A stretch of DNA of 32,000 nucleotides from Vulcanisaeta distributa DSM 14429 (GTDB lineage: Archaea; Thermoproteota; Thermoprotei; Thermoproteales; Thermocladiaceae): positions 1,230,001 to 1,262,000 of the forward strand of contig NC_014537.1 in NCBI RefSeq assembly GCF_000148385.1, given 5' to 3'. Position numbers and translations under genes: made by a program. Shown one piece after another: positions 1 through 9,341 of the stretch; the first letter of the stretch is position 1; each line of letters begins with the position of its first letter. The notes beneath the pieces were generated by a model. That model had not been told where the DNA came from. It did no database searches and saw only the letters and a program-made list of their open reading frames with translations.

Positions 1-18
1 GACCCATACGCAAACATT

Positions 19-903
19 ATGGAGAAGATTAAGGTCCTCAGGAAGATGGAGCCATACCTCAGGAATTATGGCTTACTACCCACAGACTTCAGGAGGAGTA
101 GGGATGGGGAGAGGATGTTTGAGGCTTTGAGGAATGTGGTTAGGAATGCGATGAGTGGTATGGGACAGGTGAAGGTCGTTAGGTTCACGGATATCGACAA
201 GTATCCAACATACGTGGTCAGTGTTAGGGAGTATAAGATCGGCGATAATTACTTCGACGTCGACCTGCAGAAGACGGCTATGAACCTAAGTAGGAAGTCC
301 ATGATGCATAAATTATTCACGAATAAGGACATCGTGGTTAAGGAGTATGCGAATGTAAAGACAATAGATATCGTACTGTGTCTGGACGTTTCGGGGAGTA
401 TGAGGGAGCTTAGTAATGGCATGCCTAAGATAGAGATTGCCAAGGATGCGGTGGCGCAGTACATTCAGTTCCTATCAAAGACAAATGATAGGCTGGCGAT
501 GGTATTATTTAACTTCAGGGCTGACGTACTATGGGGACTGCACCAGGTTAGGAGGTATTGGCAGCAAATGAATTACATGCTTAAGTATGTATATGCGGGT
601 GGTGGTACAAACTTGGCCAACGCCCTTGAGAGGTCCAGGGAGGTATTGACCAGGTCCAGGAGTAATTCTAAGCATGTGATTTGCGTAACTGATGGTAGGA
701 CTGTTAACTCAAGCATGTGTATTAAAGAGGCCGTTAGGCTTAGGAGGAGTGGCACGACAATATCTACCATAGCCATTGGCGAGAATAGTGATGATGAGTT
801 GCTGATGAGACTTTCGAAGATTGGCGGTGGCCTATTCATAAAGATTAGCAGTATTCATGACCTGGGTAAGGCATTGATAATGGATAAACTACATAGCATG
901 TGA
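19..903 (+). CDS. von Willebrand factor A (VWA) domain protein, possibly 5'-truncated by the window edge
   Basis: The ORF carries a MIDAS-type DxSxS motif (LCLDVSGSM). Later GGGTNLANAL and VICVTDG segments are typical of the VWA fold. The frame stays open upstream to base 1, so the true start may lie outside the window. Confidence 0.8.
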   Translation: MEKIKVLRKMEPYLRNYGLLPTDFRRSRDGERMFEALRNVVRNAMSGMGQVKVVRFTDIDKYPTYVVSVREYKIGDNYFDVDLQKTAMNLSRKSMMHKLFTNKDIVVKEYANVKTIDIVLCLDVSGSMRELSNGMPKIEIAKDAVAQYIQFLSKTNDRLAMVLFNFRADVLWGLHQVRRYWQQMNYMLKYVYAGGGTNLANALERSREVLTRSRSNSKHVICVTDGRTVNSSMCIKEAVRLRRSGTTISTIAIGENSDDELLMRLSKIGGGLFIKISSIHDLGKALIMDKLHSM

Positions 904-971
904 CTTAGGGCCCCTAATAATACACTGGGCATTAGCTTGTTTTCTTTATATATTCACATGCGATTATTAAT

Positions 972-2084
972 TTGGTGACTTTAGTGCTTAGGTGTTTCAA
1001 TGATTTCGTAAGTTTCATAGTGAAGTATCCATTTAGTAAGGAGGGGCTTACTAGGTTCAGGGAGATAACGAGTGAGAGGGGGATATACATTAATGACCTT
1101 GCAAATTCAGTAGTAGGTAGGCAATTACTTCAGCGGGCTTACGAAATACTCAGTGAGGCTATCCTGAAAAATTCAATAACTGATGATCCCGACCTCGGTG
1201 AGGATGAATTACTGGCTCATTACATAGCCATAGTACTTGCGGCGCACCTGGATAAGTCGCTATGGAGGAGGTTCGCGGATGTTGAGAGCAAGAGGTTTTC
1301 TGGTAAGTTAGCGCTTGAGGATCCTGACTGCGTGATATACATAGCTAAGGAATTCGGTATTAACGTCATGAGACTTAGAGATCTTGATATTTATGATGAG
1401 AGCCTAGCACTGGCGTTTGACGTTGGTGTTAGGGTTTGGGATTACCTGAGATTTATGCCCAAGAACGACCCCTACTGGAAGCTAGTTAATAGGTATCTAC
1501 TTAAGGGTTGGGTATTGATGACGTATAAGGACCTTGTTAGGCTTGTGGAGGAGGCTGTTGAGAAAAAGGTTCTTGAGCTAATAAGTAAGGCGCACGAGAA
1601 TCTTGATGAGACGAAGCCGTTAATCGACGCACTCGGTGGTATGAAGGAACTTATGGAATACAGGTCTGGGTTTACGACTAAGGTCAAGGTTCAAATAACT
1701 GGATTAACACCACCGTGTATGGAGGCAATAATTAATGAAATTAAGTCTGGAGGTAATCCAAGTCACCAAGCCAGGTTTGCCGTGGCTGCTTACATGCTCA
1801 GGAGGTGTCATGACCTTGAGGGTAAGCCCATTGAGGATTGTGTTGAGGATGTTGTTAATTTATTTAAGACCGTGGCTGACTTTGACGAGAAGAAGACTAG
1901 GTACCAGGTTGAGCACATAGCTGGGTTGAGGGGTGGGCGTAAGTTCTACATGCCCCCATCCTGTCATGAAATGAATAGCCTGGGGCTATGTCCGACAAAC
2001 CTTGGATGCGGTGTTAAGAGCCCACTTCAATATACGGCTAAGGCGATTAAGAAGTATCAGTCAATGCAGCAGGCCCAGGGTTAG
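972..2084 (+). CDS. priL: DNA primase large subunit (PriL)
   Basis: N-terminal YPF motif (VKYPFSKEG). The central/C-terminal TPPCMEAIINEI...NPSHQARFAVAAYMLR motif plus C-terminal cysteines (PPSCHEMNSLGLCPTNLGC) match the Fe-S domain of archaeo-eukaryotic primase large subunits. Start is TTG at 972 or GTG at 975, and a TATA-like CTTTATATAT lies about 25 nt upstream. Confidence 0.75.
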   Translation: MVTLVLRCFNDFVSFIVKYPFSKEGLTRFREITSERGIYINDLANSVVGRQLLQRAYEILSEAILKNSITDDPDLGEDELLAHYIAIVLAAHLDKSLWRRFADVESKRFSGKLALEDPDCVIYIAKEFGINVMRLRDLDIYDESLALAFDVGVRVWDYLRFMPKNDPYWKLVNRYLLKGWVLMTYKDLVRLVEEAVEKKVLELISKAHENLDETKPLIDALGGMKELMEYRSGFTTKVKVQITGLTPPCMEAIINEIKSGGNPSHQARFAVAAYMLRRCHDLEGKPIEDCVEDVVNLFKTVADFDEKKTRYQVEHIAGLRGGRKFYMPPSCHEMNSLGLCPTNLGCGVKSPLQYTAKAIKKYQSMQQAQG

Positions 2085-2515
2085 GCATACATTGTTGTAC
2101 CCTCACCCTGCCTTTGTTGTTGTGGTAAAGGTGCAATAGGCATCGCAGGTGGAATACCCAATTCCTTAAGTAGCAGGTTTACTTCGAAGAATACGTATTG
2201 CCCAATCATCATTTGAATAATTTGTGGAGATTTACCTGAGTTTACGGATTTAGCAATATCCTCAACTTGCCTCGGGTCGCCCTGGATAATTAACGCACCT
2301 CTAATCGATATGTTAACTATTGATGGGTTCGAGCTTGCGGCTAGTGAGAATGGTATTTCAACAATGTCACCTCTGACTATTGCGTTGGGACCTATGACGA
2401 GGTTAACGTTAAACGCAACCTGCGTTTGGGGTGGTATTAATTGAAGGCGTTCAGCATGTAGGTAATCGAACCTTATGCCCACGGCCTTAAACGATACTCC
2501 AGACATACTTGGCAA
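2081..2515 (-). CDS. hypothetical small protein, possible SecB-like fold
   Basis: 144-aa ORF with a TTG start at 2515 and an alternative ATG at 2506. The pattern of beta-strand-like segments followed by a long helix and a Gln-rich acidic tail resembles SecB by eye only. The ORF overlaps the priL stop by 4 nt in convergent orientation. Confidence 0.45.
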   Translation of the reverse strand: MPSMSGVSFKAVGIRFDYLHAERLQLIPPQTQVAFNVNLVIGPNAIVRGDIVEIPFSLAASSNPSIVNISIRGALIIQGDPRQVEDIAKSVNSGKSPQIIQMMIGQYVFFEVNLLLKELGIPPAMPIAPLPQQQRQGEGTTMYA

Positions 2516-2551
2516 AACACTTAAATTTAAATGGTAATTTAAAGTCTACGC

Positions 2552-3154
2552 ATGGGGAGTAATCAATCTAGGGAAACCTTGGATTTAATAAGGAAGGCAT
2601 TGGTAAAGGTGGGTTCTGAATTGAACAAGAGAGGTATTGACTTTATCCTCATTGGTAGTGCGGTGCTACCCCTACTTTACGGAATTGATTGGAACATACA
2701 TGACATAGATATCTTCATAATAAATAAATCAACAATAACGGAGCCCGAGGTATTTGAGGAAATTGCCAGGGAGAATGATTGGGACGTGGGCATGGACATG
2801 AATGGCATGATGTACTACGAAATTCTCGTTAATGCCCAGGTAATTAGGGTTGATCTCATGGAGAACATACTCGACATATATATACCTGAGGAAATGATAA
2901 GGAATGCAGTTAAGGTTAAGGTCAACGGTCTTGAAATAAGGAGTATAAGGCTTGAGGACTTACTAGTCCTGAAGGCCAGGGAGGCCAGTGAGGAGGGTGA
3001 CGAATTTTTGTCGAGGATCGCTGAAATTCTAGCGGACCCAGAGAGTAAGGTAAGTATTGACAAGGAGTACCTGAGGAGGGCCATTAATTACTACGCAGAT
3101 GATAAAGACTCAATAGAAAGAAGGCTCGAGAAATCAGGCATATATCTCGAGTAA
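2552..3154 (+). CDS. nucleotidyltransferase-fold protein (minimal NTase family)
   Basis: The N-terminal LIGSAVLPLLYG...HDIDIFI fits the GS-x(n)-DxD signature of minimal nucleotidyltransferases. A palindromic TATA element (2521-2530) is centred about 26 nt upstream of the ATG. Confidence 0.55.
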   Translation: MGSNQSRETLDLIRKALVKVGSELNKRGIDFILIGSAVLPLLYGIDWNIHDIDIFIINKSTITEPEVFEEIARENDWDVGMDMNGMMYYEILVNAQVIRVDLMENILDIYIPEEMIRNAVKVKVNGLEIRSIRLEDLLVLKAREASEEGDEFLSRIAEILADPESKVSIDKEYLRRAINYYADDKDSIERRLEKSGIYLE

Positions 3155-3155
3155 A

Positions 3156-3728
3156 TCACTTCATGTGCTCAACGGCGTAAACATAAATACCATCAAGAAC
3201 GCCAGGACCACCCTCACGGCCATGCGGGCTAATCCTCTCATCACCCCTCAACGTAGTGGCTAACTCAATGTTTGCCGCAAATTGGCTAACGACTTCCTTA
3301 TCAATACCTTCCACGACTATGTCATCCTTAGTCGTGGAAACCTTGACACCCTTGGGTATGTTGAGGATTATCTTCGACCTCCTACCCATGAAATTCTCAA
3401 TAATTAACTGATTGCCCTGAACCTTGGCATTCATTGGGAAGTGGGAGAATACGATCTTAAGCTTATACCTCCAGCCCCTCGTAACTCCAAGAATCATATT
3501 CCTAATATGGCCAGCCACGGTACCAACAACGGCCTTCTCACTCCTACCAGCGAAGTAGGACTCAATAATTATGGAGTCATCAGCAGGCCTTATAATAACC
3601 GGTATGTTTCCGAAGTTCCTCTCCAGGGTGCCTAATGGACCCTTAACAATGACCTTACTACCGTTAATATCAACCTTGACACCCTCCGGAACCTCCACCT
3701 CCTCAAACACGTATGGTTGTCTAGCCAT
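3156..3728 (-). CDS. rpl6: 50S ribosomal protein L6 (uL6)
   Basis: VEVPEGVKVDINGSKVIVKGPLGTLERNF and the two-domain repeat pattern are typical of archaeal L6P. I prefer the internal ATG at 3728 (190 aa), because a TATA-like CTTTAATA on the minus strand lies about 30 nt upstream, inside the longer 3788 extension. Confidence 0.9.
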   Translation of the reverse strand: MARQPYVFEEVEVPEGVKVDINGSKVIVKGPLGTLERNFGNIPVIIRPADDSIIIESYFAGRSEKAVVGTVAGHIRNMILGVTRGWRYKLKIVFSHFPMNAKVQGNQLIIENFMGRRSKIILNIPKGVKVSTTKDDIVVEGIDKEVVSQFAANIELATTLRGDERISPHGREGGPGVLDGIYVYAVEHMK

Positions 3729-3839
3729 ATCGATTTGATGATTGATTAAACCCCTATTAAAGCGTTTAGTATCGTTAAAATCATTCAATAAATAGCAATT
3801 TTAGATTTAATGATGCGATGTGGCTCACGTTCAGCTAAG

Positions 3840-3847
3840 TTTAAAAA
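3840..3847 (+). promoter_or_regulatory. TATA box for the leaderless first gene of the pilin-like operon
   Basis: TTTAAAAA is centred about 26 nt upstream of the ATG at 3870. This is the canonical spacing for leaderless crenarchaeal transcripts and favours 3870 over the ATG at 3810. Confidence 0.5.
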
Positions 3848-3869
3848 CCTATCATTCAATTTAATATTA

Positions 3870-5375
3870 ATGCTCAATTCCAAATTAAATGCCAAGGGAC
3901 AGACAAGCGCAATCGAGGTGGCAATAATAATACCGGCAATAATAATCGCAATAATAGTATTCATAGCCCTAATACCCAACTATTCCTACTCCGCAGGCTC
4001 CGAAGTAAACACCTTCCAATTAAACGCCATGGCACAATCATTACTCCAATACATAATCACAAACCCAGGAAACCCACAAAACTGGGGCCTAAACGCAAGC
4101 CAACTGGCGGCATTCGGACTAGCCCAACCAAACCAACCATACAACCTAGACCCATTCAAGGTACTGGCCCTAACCTACTGGGACTACCAAAACGGAATAA
4201 ACCCACTACCACCACCATCAGAAACGACAGCAATATGTCAAGTACCGCAATCAAGTAGTGGCTTCTTTGGTTACTTAAATAGTCTCAACATTACAGGCCT
4301 ATACATAACGGACTACTTCATACTAATACCAACCACCCTATCAAAGGCATCCCTCAATTACAACAACGTGAAGGAAATGCTGGGCCTAGGCAATAACTAC
4401 GACTTCAAACTAATGATATACCCCGTGTTCAACGTAATAGTAACAAACAACACATCGACAAACACGGTAACCGTACAAGTGACCAGGTTCAACACAAACC
4501 CACAACAACCGGTACCCAACGCAACAGTACAAATAACATACACAATTATGTATTACAGCACCACAAGCGGTAACAAATTTAGTTTCGCAATATGCGCGGG
4601 TACATCACCTCCAGAGACCACCAACAATAACGGAATAGCCACCTTCAACATGGCAACCCTAAGCTGCACAAGCACGACCGGCAACCTAACCGTGAACCAC
4701 CCATACATAAGTAACGCATCTAGCATATACATAGACGCATACGCAAGCATAAGCGGGATTGGAGACCACGGCTACTTAATATGGCCGAATAACATAACAA
4801 TACCACTACTGATGGTGATGATACTACCCAACAACACAAATATGAACTCAATACTCTTCATAGACCCAAGCGCCCTCAACACGACCTGCTTAGAAATCAT
4901 CTACAACAACACTGGGAAGAAATCACTTGGGCTAAGGGTAATGGCAATATACAAATCAGTCTATGGATATGTATTTCAAGAAACCAACTTTACCCTAAAT
5001 CCAGCAAACGGCAATAGCCAACAATCATACCCAGTGCCCTGCACAACTACATACCCAGGTAATGGTAACCCAAATAGCGGCCAAAAGAGCTCGGTGTGCT
5101 ACTGGAACGTACCCAGCTCACCGATGTTCCTCATAGTCACCGTCTACAGAAATTCCCAAGGACAGGCAGGCAGTGTACCTAAGTCGCAGATCCTCGTAAT
5201 ACCCTACGGAATATCGCCACAATTCTACCTAAGCAATAGAATCATAGTCTTCGGGAAATCAATAAAGAACGCCCCAGTGGGCACGGCAACATCCCTAGTC
5301 TACATAGGAGACTCAGCCTACTACGCAACACTGTACCTATACTACGGAGGAAACGTCTTCGGCCCAATAGGGTGA
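3870..5375 (+). CDS. large type IV pilin-like (class III signal peptide) surface glycoprotein, operon gene 1
   Basis: The N-terminus MLNSKLNAKG|QTSAIEVAIIIPAIIIAIIVFIALI has a short basic leader, a Gly, then a hydrophobic helix. The mature part is rich in N/T/S/Y/P/Q, has at least 13 N-x-S/T sequons and few charged residues. An alternative upstream ATG lies at 3810. Confidence 0.75.
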   Translation: MLNSKLNAKGQTSAIEVAIIIPAIIIAIIVFIALIPNYSYSAGSEVNTFQLNAMAQSLLQYIITNPGNPQNWGLNASQLAAFGLAQPNQPYNLDPFKVLALTYWDYQNGINPLPPPSETTAICQVPQSSSGFFGYLNSLNITGLYITDYFILIPTTLSKASLNYNNVKEMLGLGNNYDFKLMIYPVFNVIVTNNTSTNTVTVQVTRFNTNPQQPVPNATVQITYTIMYYSTTSGNKFSFAICAGTSPPETTNNNGIATFNMATLSCTSTTGNLTVNHPYISNASSIYIDAYASISGIGDHGYLIWPNNITIPLLMVMILPNNTNMNSILFIDPSALNTTCLEIIYNNTGKKSLGLRVMAIYKSVYGYVFQETNFTLNPANGNSQQSYPVPCTTTYPGNGNPNSGQKSSVCYWNVPSSPMFLIVTVYRNSQGQAGSVPKSQILVIPYGISPQFYLSNRIIVFGKSIKNAPVGTATSLVYIGDSAYYATLYLYYGGNVFGPIG

Positions 5376-5383
5376 TGGGCATG
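5370..5383 (+). promoter_or_regulatory. stop/start coupling junction with embedded Shine-Dalgarno motif (GGGTGATGGGCATG)
   Basis: The TGA of gene 1 overlaps an ATG (TGATG). GGTGAT is complementary to the archaeal 16S 3' end and sits 5 nt upstream of the second ATG at 5381. Confidence 0.6.
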
Positions 5384-7561
5384 ACTGGCATTGGCAAGAG
5401 GGGTCAGGGGTTATTAATCATTGCAATACTCCTGGTACTCCTGGTACTCGTAATAGCCCTCATATATAGGGAATTCACCATGACCCCAGCATACATATAC
5501 CAAAGGAGCGTGTACTACGCCCTTAAGTACGACCCGCAGGTAATCATTGAACAACTAATACAGGTAATGAATGCCGTGGTAACGGGCTATGCGATAAACT
5601 ACAGTCAATTTCTAATGAATGAGGGAGTCGCCCTATACCTACATGCACTAACCTCCATGCCTGTGTCTTATTCATTATCTAATGTGATTGAATCACAACT
5701 AAAACTAATGATAAACAGCATATACACACCAACAGGACTAATAGTACCAGAGAACAACCTAAACACAAGCATAACAGCGGTGACCGGGTTCTACGGAGCC
5801 CTAGGAATACCCGGCATTAAGTACGTGTACTCAGGAGGCAATGCATCATCAATACTAGCAAGCGCCCAACAAACCTACGACCTACCAAGCCTAGGAATAC
5901 AACACCTAACACTAAACTACTCCATAAACTTAACAGCGTCAATAGCGGCAAACGGCACCTGTAACATAAACCCAAACATAATGATTTATAACACAACGCT
6001 GGAGTGCATATTCAACTTCAAAACAAACACATACACATGCACCGGGCCCGGAATATACACCACAGGACAAGCCAACTCACTATGGGCACCATATTACCAA
6101 GCATATTCCAAACAGCAAGAATATTGGAAAAATGGCACTGGTTGGGTGGCTTCCTCAGGCCCATACCCACTGGTGTTTGTATACCCAGTTGATGAATTAA
6201 TGGGGCAAAATGGTTTTGTAATATCCGCAACCTTCGATGTAACGCAATCACCGAATAATTACTTAGTGGGCATAAACTTCCTAACACCAACACCACCAAC
6301 CAGCGGCACAGGCAGCAACGGCTACACTATTTGCGTTATACCAAGTTCTCAGCCAAGCAATAATCAGTACAAATGTACCGTTAGCTATAGGATAAGTTCA
6401 ACTTCAACCATAATAAATGTGACAGTTAAAGTAACGCCAAATAATCCCATTAATCTATTTAGTGGTAGCATTACCGGAAATGTCTCTATATATGTTAATG
6501 GTACAGTTGTATATTCGTCAAGGATTTATTTACCCAACTTTCACATAATACCGAATACAATATTCAGTAATAATGCATACATGTTAAGTGGTTATAATTC
6601 AAGTAGTGGGAAATACATTGGTTCCTGGGTGGCGCTAATATTCAGCAACGCCGCGGTAGTGAACGCCTCAATAAAGTACTTCAACAGTTATAAACTACCT
6701 ACGAACATACAAATACAGGTATCCATAAACAACAAGCCAGCACTGGGCACAACACTCAGTGGGCTAGCTGTAACACCCACATTAGGGGCATCAAGCTTCA
6801 ACGTAAACTACGCCGTATGTAACATAACAGATAACGCAATAGTATTCAACGTACAAATGCCCTGGCCACCCACGGGCTACCCAACAACCCAATACCTAGT
6901 GCTCATTAACTACAGCAACGTAGTATTGGCACTAAATCCCTGGGCTAACCCACAGAACTCACTGATTCCGCAGGGCTATTCGGCCACGTCGTTGGTGCCA
7001 TACATGGCTTACGTACTTAATAAGTCAAGTAATGAGCTTATTGTTAATACTTACTTCATAAACCTTGGCATACCCACGCTACTATCGATATACGGCTCAA
7101 GCACGGGCTTATACATAACGAATATAATCAATGGGTATGTATATTCCGTAATGGGCCCGGTAATACCATCATCATTAAACGTGCTTAAGGTTAATAATGT
7201 ATTTCCAATGCATGTTATGTCCATATTTACGTTTAACGAGACACTGTATAACCTAGCCGCTGGATACACGGTAATAAGCCAGGTAGTTCCACCAACGCAA
7301 ACCGAAATAACTGGTTACGGAAATACGAATAATTACCCAAGTGGGCTCTACAATTGGGTCACTGAGTATGAGCATTTCCCCAACCAAACACTACCCTACA
7401 CATACTTTAACTACACAATACTTAACTGCTGGGGGACAACACAAAACAATAATGAATACGTTAATTATAACCTGTACTACATATACGTAAATGGTCAGCT
7501 TCAATATAATGGCTATACACCAACTCAATACCTACCATCATGTCAAGGTTCATATTGGTGA
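5375..7561 (+). CDS. large type IV pilin-like surface glycoprotein, operon gene 2
   Basis: Start ATG at 5375 overlaps the upstream TGA (TGATG). A second ATG at 5381 follows a GGTGAT Shine-Dalgarno motif. N-terminus is GIGKRG|QGLLIIAILLVLLVLVIALIY. About 19 N-x-S/T sequons counted by eye. Confidence 0.75.
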   Translation: MGMTGIGKRGQGLLIIAILLVLLVLVIALIYREFTMTPAYIYQRSVYYALKYDPQVIIEQLIQVMNAVVTGYAINYSQFLMNEGVALYLHALTSMPVSYSLSNVIESQLKLMINSIYTPTGLIVPENNLNTSITAVTGFYGALGIPGIKYVYSGGNASSILASAQQTYDLPSLGIQHLTLNYSINLTASIAANGTCNINPNIMIYNTTLECIFNFKTNTYTCTGPGIYTTGQANSLWAPYYQAYSKQQEYWKNGTGWVASSGPYPLVFVYPVDELMGQNGFVISATFDVTQSPNNYLVGINFLTPTPPTSGTGSNGYTICVIPSSQPSNNQYKCTVSYRISSTSTIINVTVKVTPNNPINLFSGSITGNVSIYVNGTVVYSSRIYLPNFHIIPNTIFSNNAYMLSGYNSSSGKYIGSWVALIFSNAAVVNASIKYFNSYKLPTNIQIQVSINNKPALGTTLSGLAVTPTLGASSFNVNYAVCNITDNAIVFNVQMPWPPTGYPTTQYLVLINYSNVVLALNPWANPQNSLIPQGYSATSLVPYMAYVLNKSSNELIVNTYFINLGIPTLLSIYGSSTGLYITNIINGYVYSVMGPVIPSSLNVLKVNNVFPMHVMSIFTFNETLYNLAAGYTVISQVVPPTQTEITGYGNTNNYPSGLYNWVTEYEHFPNQTLPYTYFNYTILNCWGTTQNNNEYVNYNLYYIYVNGQLQYNGYTPTQYLPSCQGSYW

Positions 7562-7569
7562 TGCCTATG
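7557..7569 (+). promoter_or_regulatory. stop/start coupling junction (GGTGATGCCTATG)
   Basis: Same architecture as the 5370 junction, between genes 2 and 3. Confidence 0.6.
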
Positions 7570-9333
7570 AACGCGCCACCCGTTAGTCATGTTCGTGGAC
7601 AGGTAAGGATCATTGAGGCCATTGCGACGACAATAATCGTGCTCATACTAGCGGCCCTACTTCCAATAATCTTCAATTCACCGACAACGACACTAAGGAG
7701 CCAGGTACAGACAAACACGGAGTGGTATGCGTATGACGTATTGCTGACGGCCATTAATAATCCACAATTCACGTACTATGTACAACATAATAACTGGAGT
7801 GCCATTCGCTCGCTCCTCAACACTATCGTTGGTCCTCAGTATGATTGGTACATTGCAGTGGTCCCGTATAGGAAGGTCGTATCTATAGTATCGGTAATGA
7901 ATTATGGGAACTACGTATTAATACCCCTGAGTATAATACCGAAAGTTTACTACGCTCCTCCACTGGGTATGCCAATATTCATGACTAGTATGAGTGTGTC
8001 AATGCTCTCGCTAAATGTCTATACAATAAACTCCATACTAGGTGGTAAGTACTCAATAAACATCACTATGCCTTTATCGAATGTAGCTTTCATACAGTGC
8101 AAAAACTTGTTTAGTACGAACATAACACAGTGCATTAAAAGTGGTAATGTTAGGATGATTAATTGGTGGCTTGAGTCCTTTGACCCACGTACTGGCGTTG
8201 CGGTGGTTTGGCTTAATGCCACCGGTAATGTTTACATGCTCGTGTCCAACGGCAGTATCCCTTACAACGTGTTAAGTAATTCCTACTGCCAGTACCCATA
8301 TTGTTACCCAATCGGTGGCGTCAGCAACATTATGTACTCCTCATTCAACGCCCCATATAACAATGAACCACAGTTCATTAACTACTACACACAGCAAGCA
8401 CTATCTCAATGCTATTCAAGTAGCAATGGCATGTATGGCGGCAGTAATTACCTAGTTATGATAAAAACAAGCGGCGGAACCGCGTCAGGACAAAGCCTAA
8501 ATGCGCCAACAACGGTCAGTTGTACCCTACCGGTAAGCGTTAATGATAACGTGGGTGGAATTAACGCATACTTAATTGGTCAATTATTGACGTCAATCCC
8601 AGGCACAAGCTTCACACTGGGCTTTAGCAATGTTGAGGTGGAACTGGGTGTCTGTTTCGTTAATGGTACGTGTATCAATGATTATACGGGATCGGTTGCT
8701 GGTGCATCATTCCCAATAAGTATTGGCAATGTAAATGCCGCCGAGACTTACGGAAATACCCATGAATACCTATCTCTAAGTGTTAATGGTAATACCGATA
8801 TCACGTCACTACCTAGCTATTACTACGTGTACCTACTCACGCTGTCGTTATCGTTAGATCTTGCGAAATGCGGAATAGATGTAAATGCATCAATATATGA
8901 CTTAGTTACAATGAGTAGCGTGTCGCTTTCATATTTCTACAATCTAACGAGTAATGATGGACTTAATTGTACGCAATTAATGTCACTTCCAAACATAACG
9001 AGCATAAGCCTAACGATGATACCCAGCAACATATTACTACAACAAAGCACACCACAGAATCCAAATAATGACGTTTACTATGTCTATAATGCCACAACCA
9101 TAGTCTATGACTTGTGGGTATCGCCAACACCAACAACGTCCTACTACATACCAATTACAATCTCTTACAACTTTGAATCCATCGATAAGTACAACGTGGT
9201 GCCTCAGCAGTACAGGGAGAGGTTCTTCCTAAGTGGGTTTGCACCCACCGCCTCTGCCTATGCCATCATTCAGCTGCCCAACGGCACCTACTACCTGGTT
9301 TACCTGGGCCTAATGAGTGTGGCTAGTGGGTGA
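7561..9333 (+). CDS. large type IV pilin-like surface glycoprotein, operon gene 3
   Basis: TGATG overlap with gene 2, with an alternative ATG at 7567 (the ORF track starts at 7540). N-terminus is PPVSHVRG|QVRIIEAIATTIIVLILAALLPIIF. Many sequons and several Cys residues. Confidence 0.7.
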   Translation: MPMNAPPVSHVRGQVRIIEAIATTIIVLILAALLPIIFNSPTTTLRSQVQTNTEWYAYDVLLTAINNPQFTYYVQHNNWSAIRSLLNTIVGPQYDWYIAVVPYRKVVSIVSVMNYGNYVLIPLSIIPKVYYAPPLGMPIFMTSMSVSMLSLNVYTINSILGGKYSINITMPLSNVAFIQCKNLFSTNITQCIKSGNVRMINWWLESFDPRTGVAVVWLNATGNVYMLVSNGSIPYNVLSNSYCQYPYCYPIGGVSNIMYSSFNAPYNNEPQFINYYTQQALSQCYSSSNGMYGGSNYLVMIKTSGGTASGQSLNAPTTVSCTLPVSVNDNVGGINAYLIGQLLTSIPGTSFTLGFSNVEVELGVCFVNGTCINDYTGSVAGASFPISIGNVNAAETYGNTHEYLSLSVNGNTDITSLPSYYYVYLLTLSLSLDLAKCGIDVNASIYDLVTMSSVSLSYFYNLTSNDGLNCTQLMSLPNITSISLTMIPSNILLQQSTPQNPNNDVYYVYNATTIVYDLWVSPTPTTSYYIPITISYNFESIDKYNVVPQQYRERFFLSGFAPTASAYAIIQLPNGTYYLVYLGLMSVASG

Positions 9334-9341
9334 TGGGTATG
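9328..9341 (+). promoter_or_regulatory. stop/start coupling junction (GGGTGATGGGTATG)
   Basis: Same architecture, between genes 3 and 4. Confidence 0.6.

Noticed and set aside
249-839. Minus-strand ORFs 249..464 and 573..839 inside the VWA gene
   Set aside because: They are antisense to a well-supported CDS, have no motifs, and their composition is just the complement of the sense gene.
3729-3788. 20-codon N-terminal extension of the L6 ORF (MNDFNDTKRFNRGLINHQID)
   Set aside because: The extension is not L6-like and contains the probable minus-strand TATA box. The internal ATG at 3728 gives a typical 190-aa L6.
3785-3979. 64-aa hydrophobic minus-strand ORF overlapping the start of pilin-like gene 1
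   Set aside because: It is antisense to the hydrophobic signal-helix region of gene 1, so its hydrophobicity is a complement artefact. It also spans the divergent promoter region.
4553-8222. Short antisense or alternate-frame ORFs within the pilin-like genes (4553..4750, 6004..6192, 6018..6299, 7051..7269, 7587..7772, 8019..8222; also 8963..9154 and 10011..10208)
   Set aside because: All are embedded in long, coherent sense ORFs and have no independent start signals or motifs.
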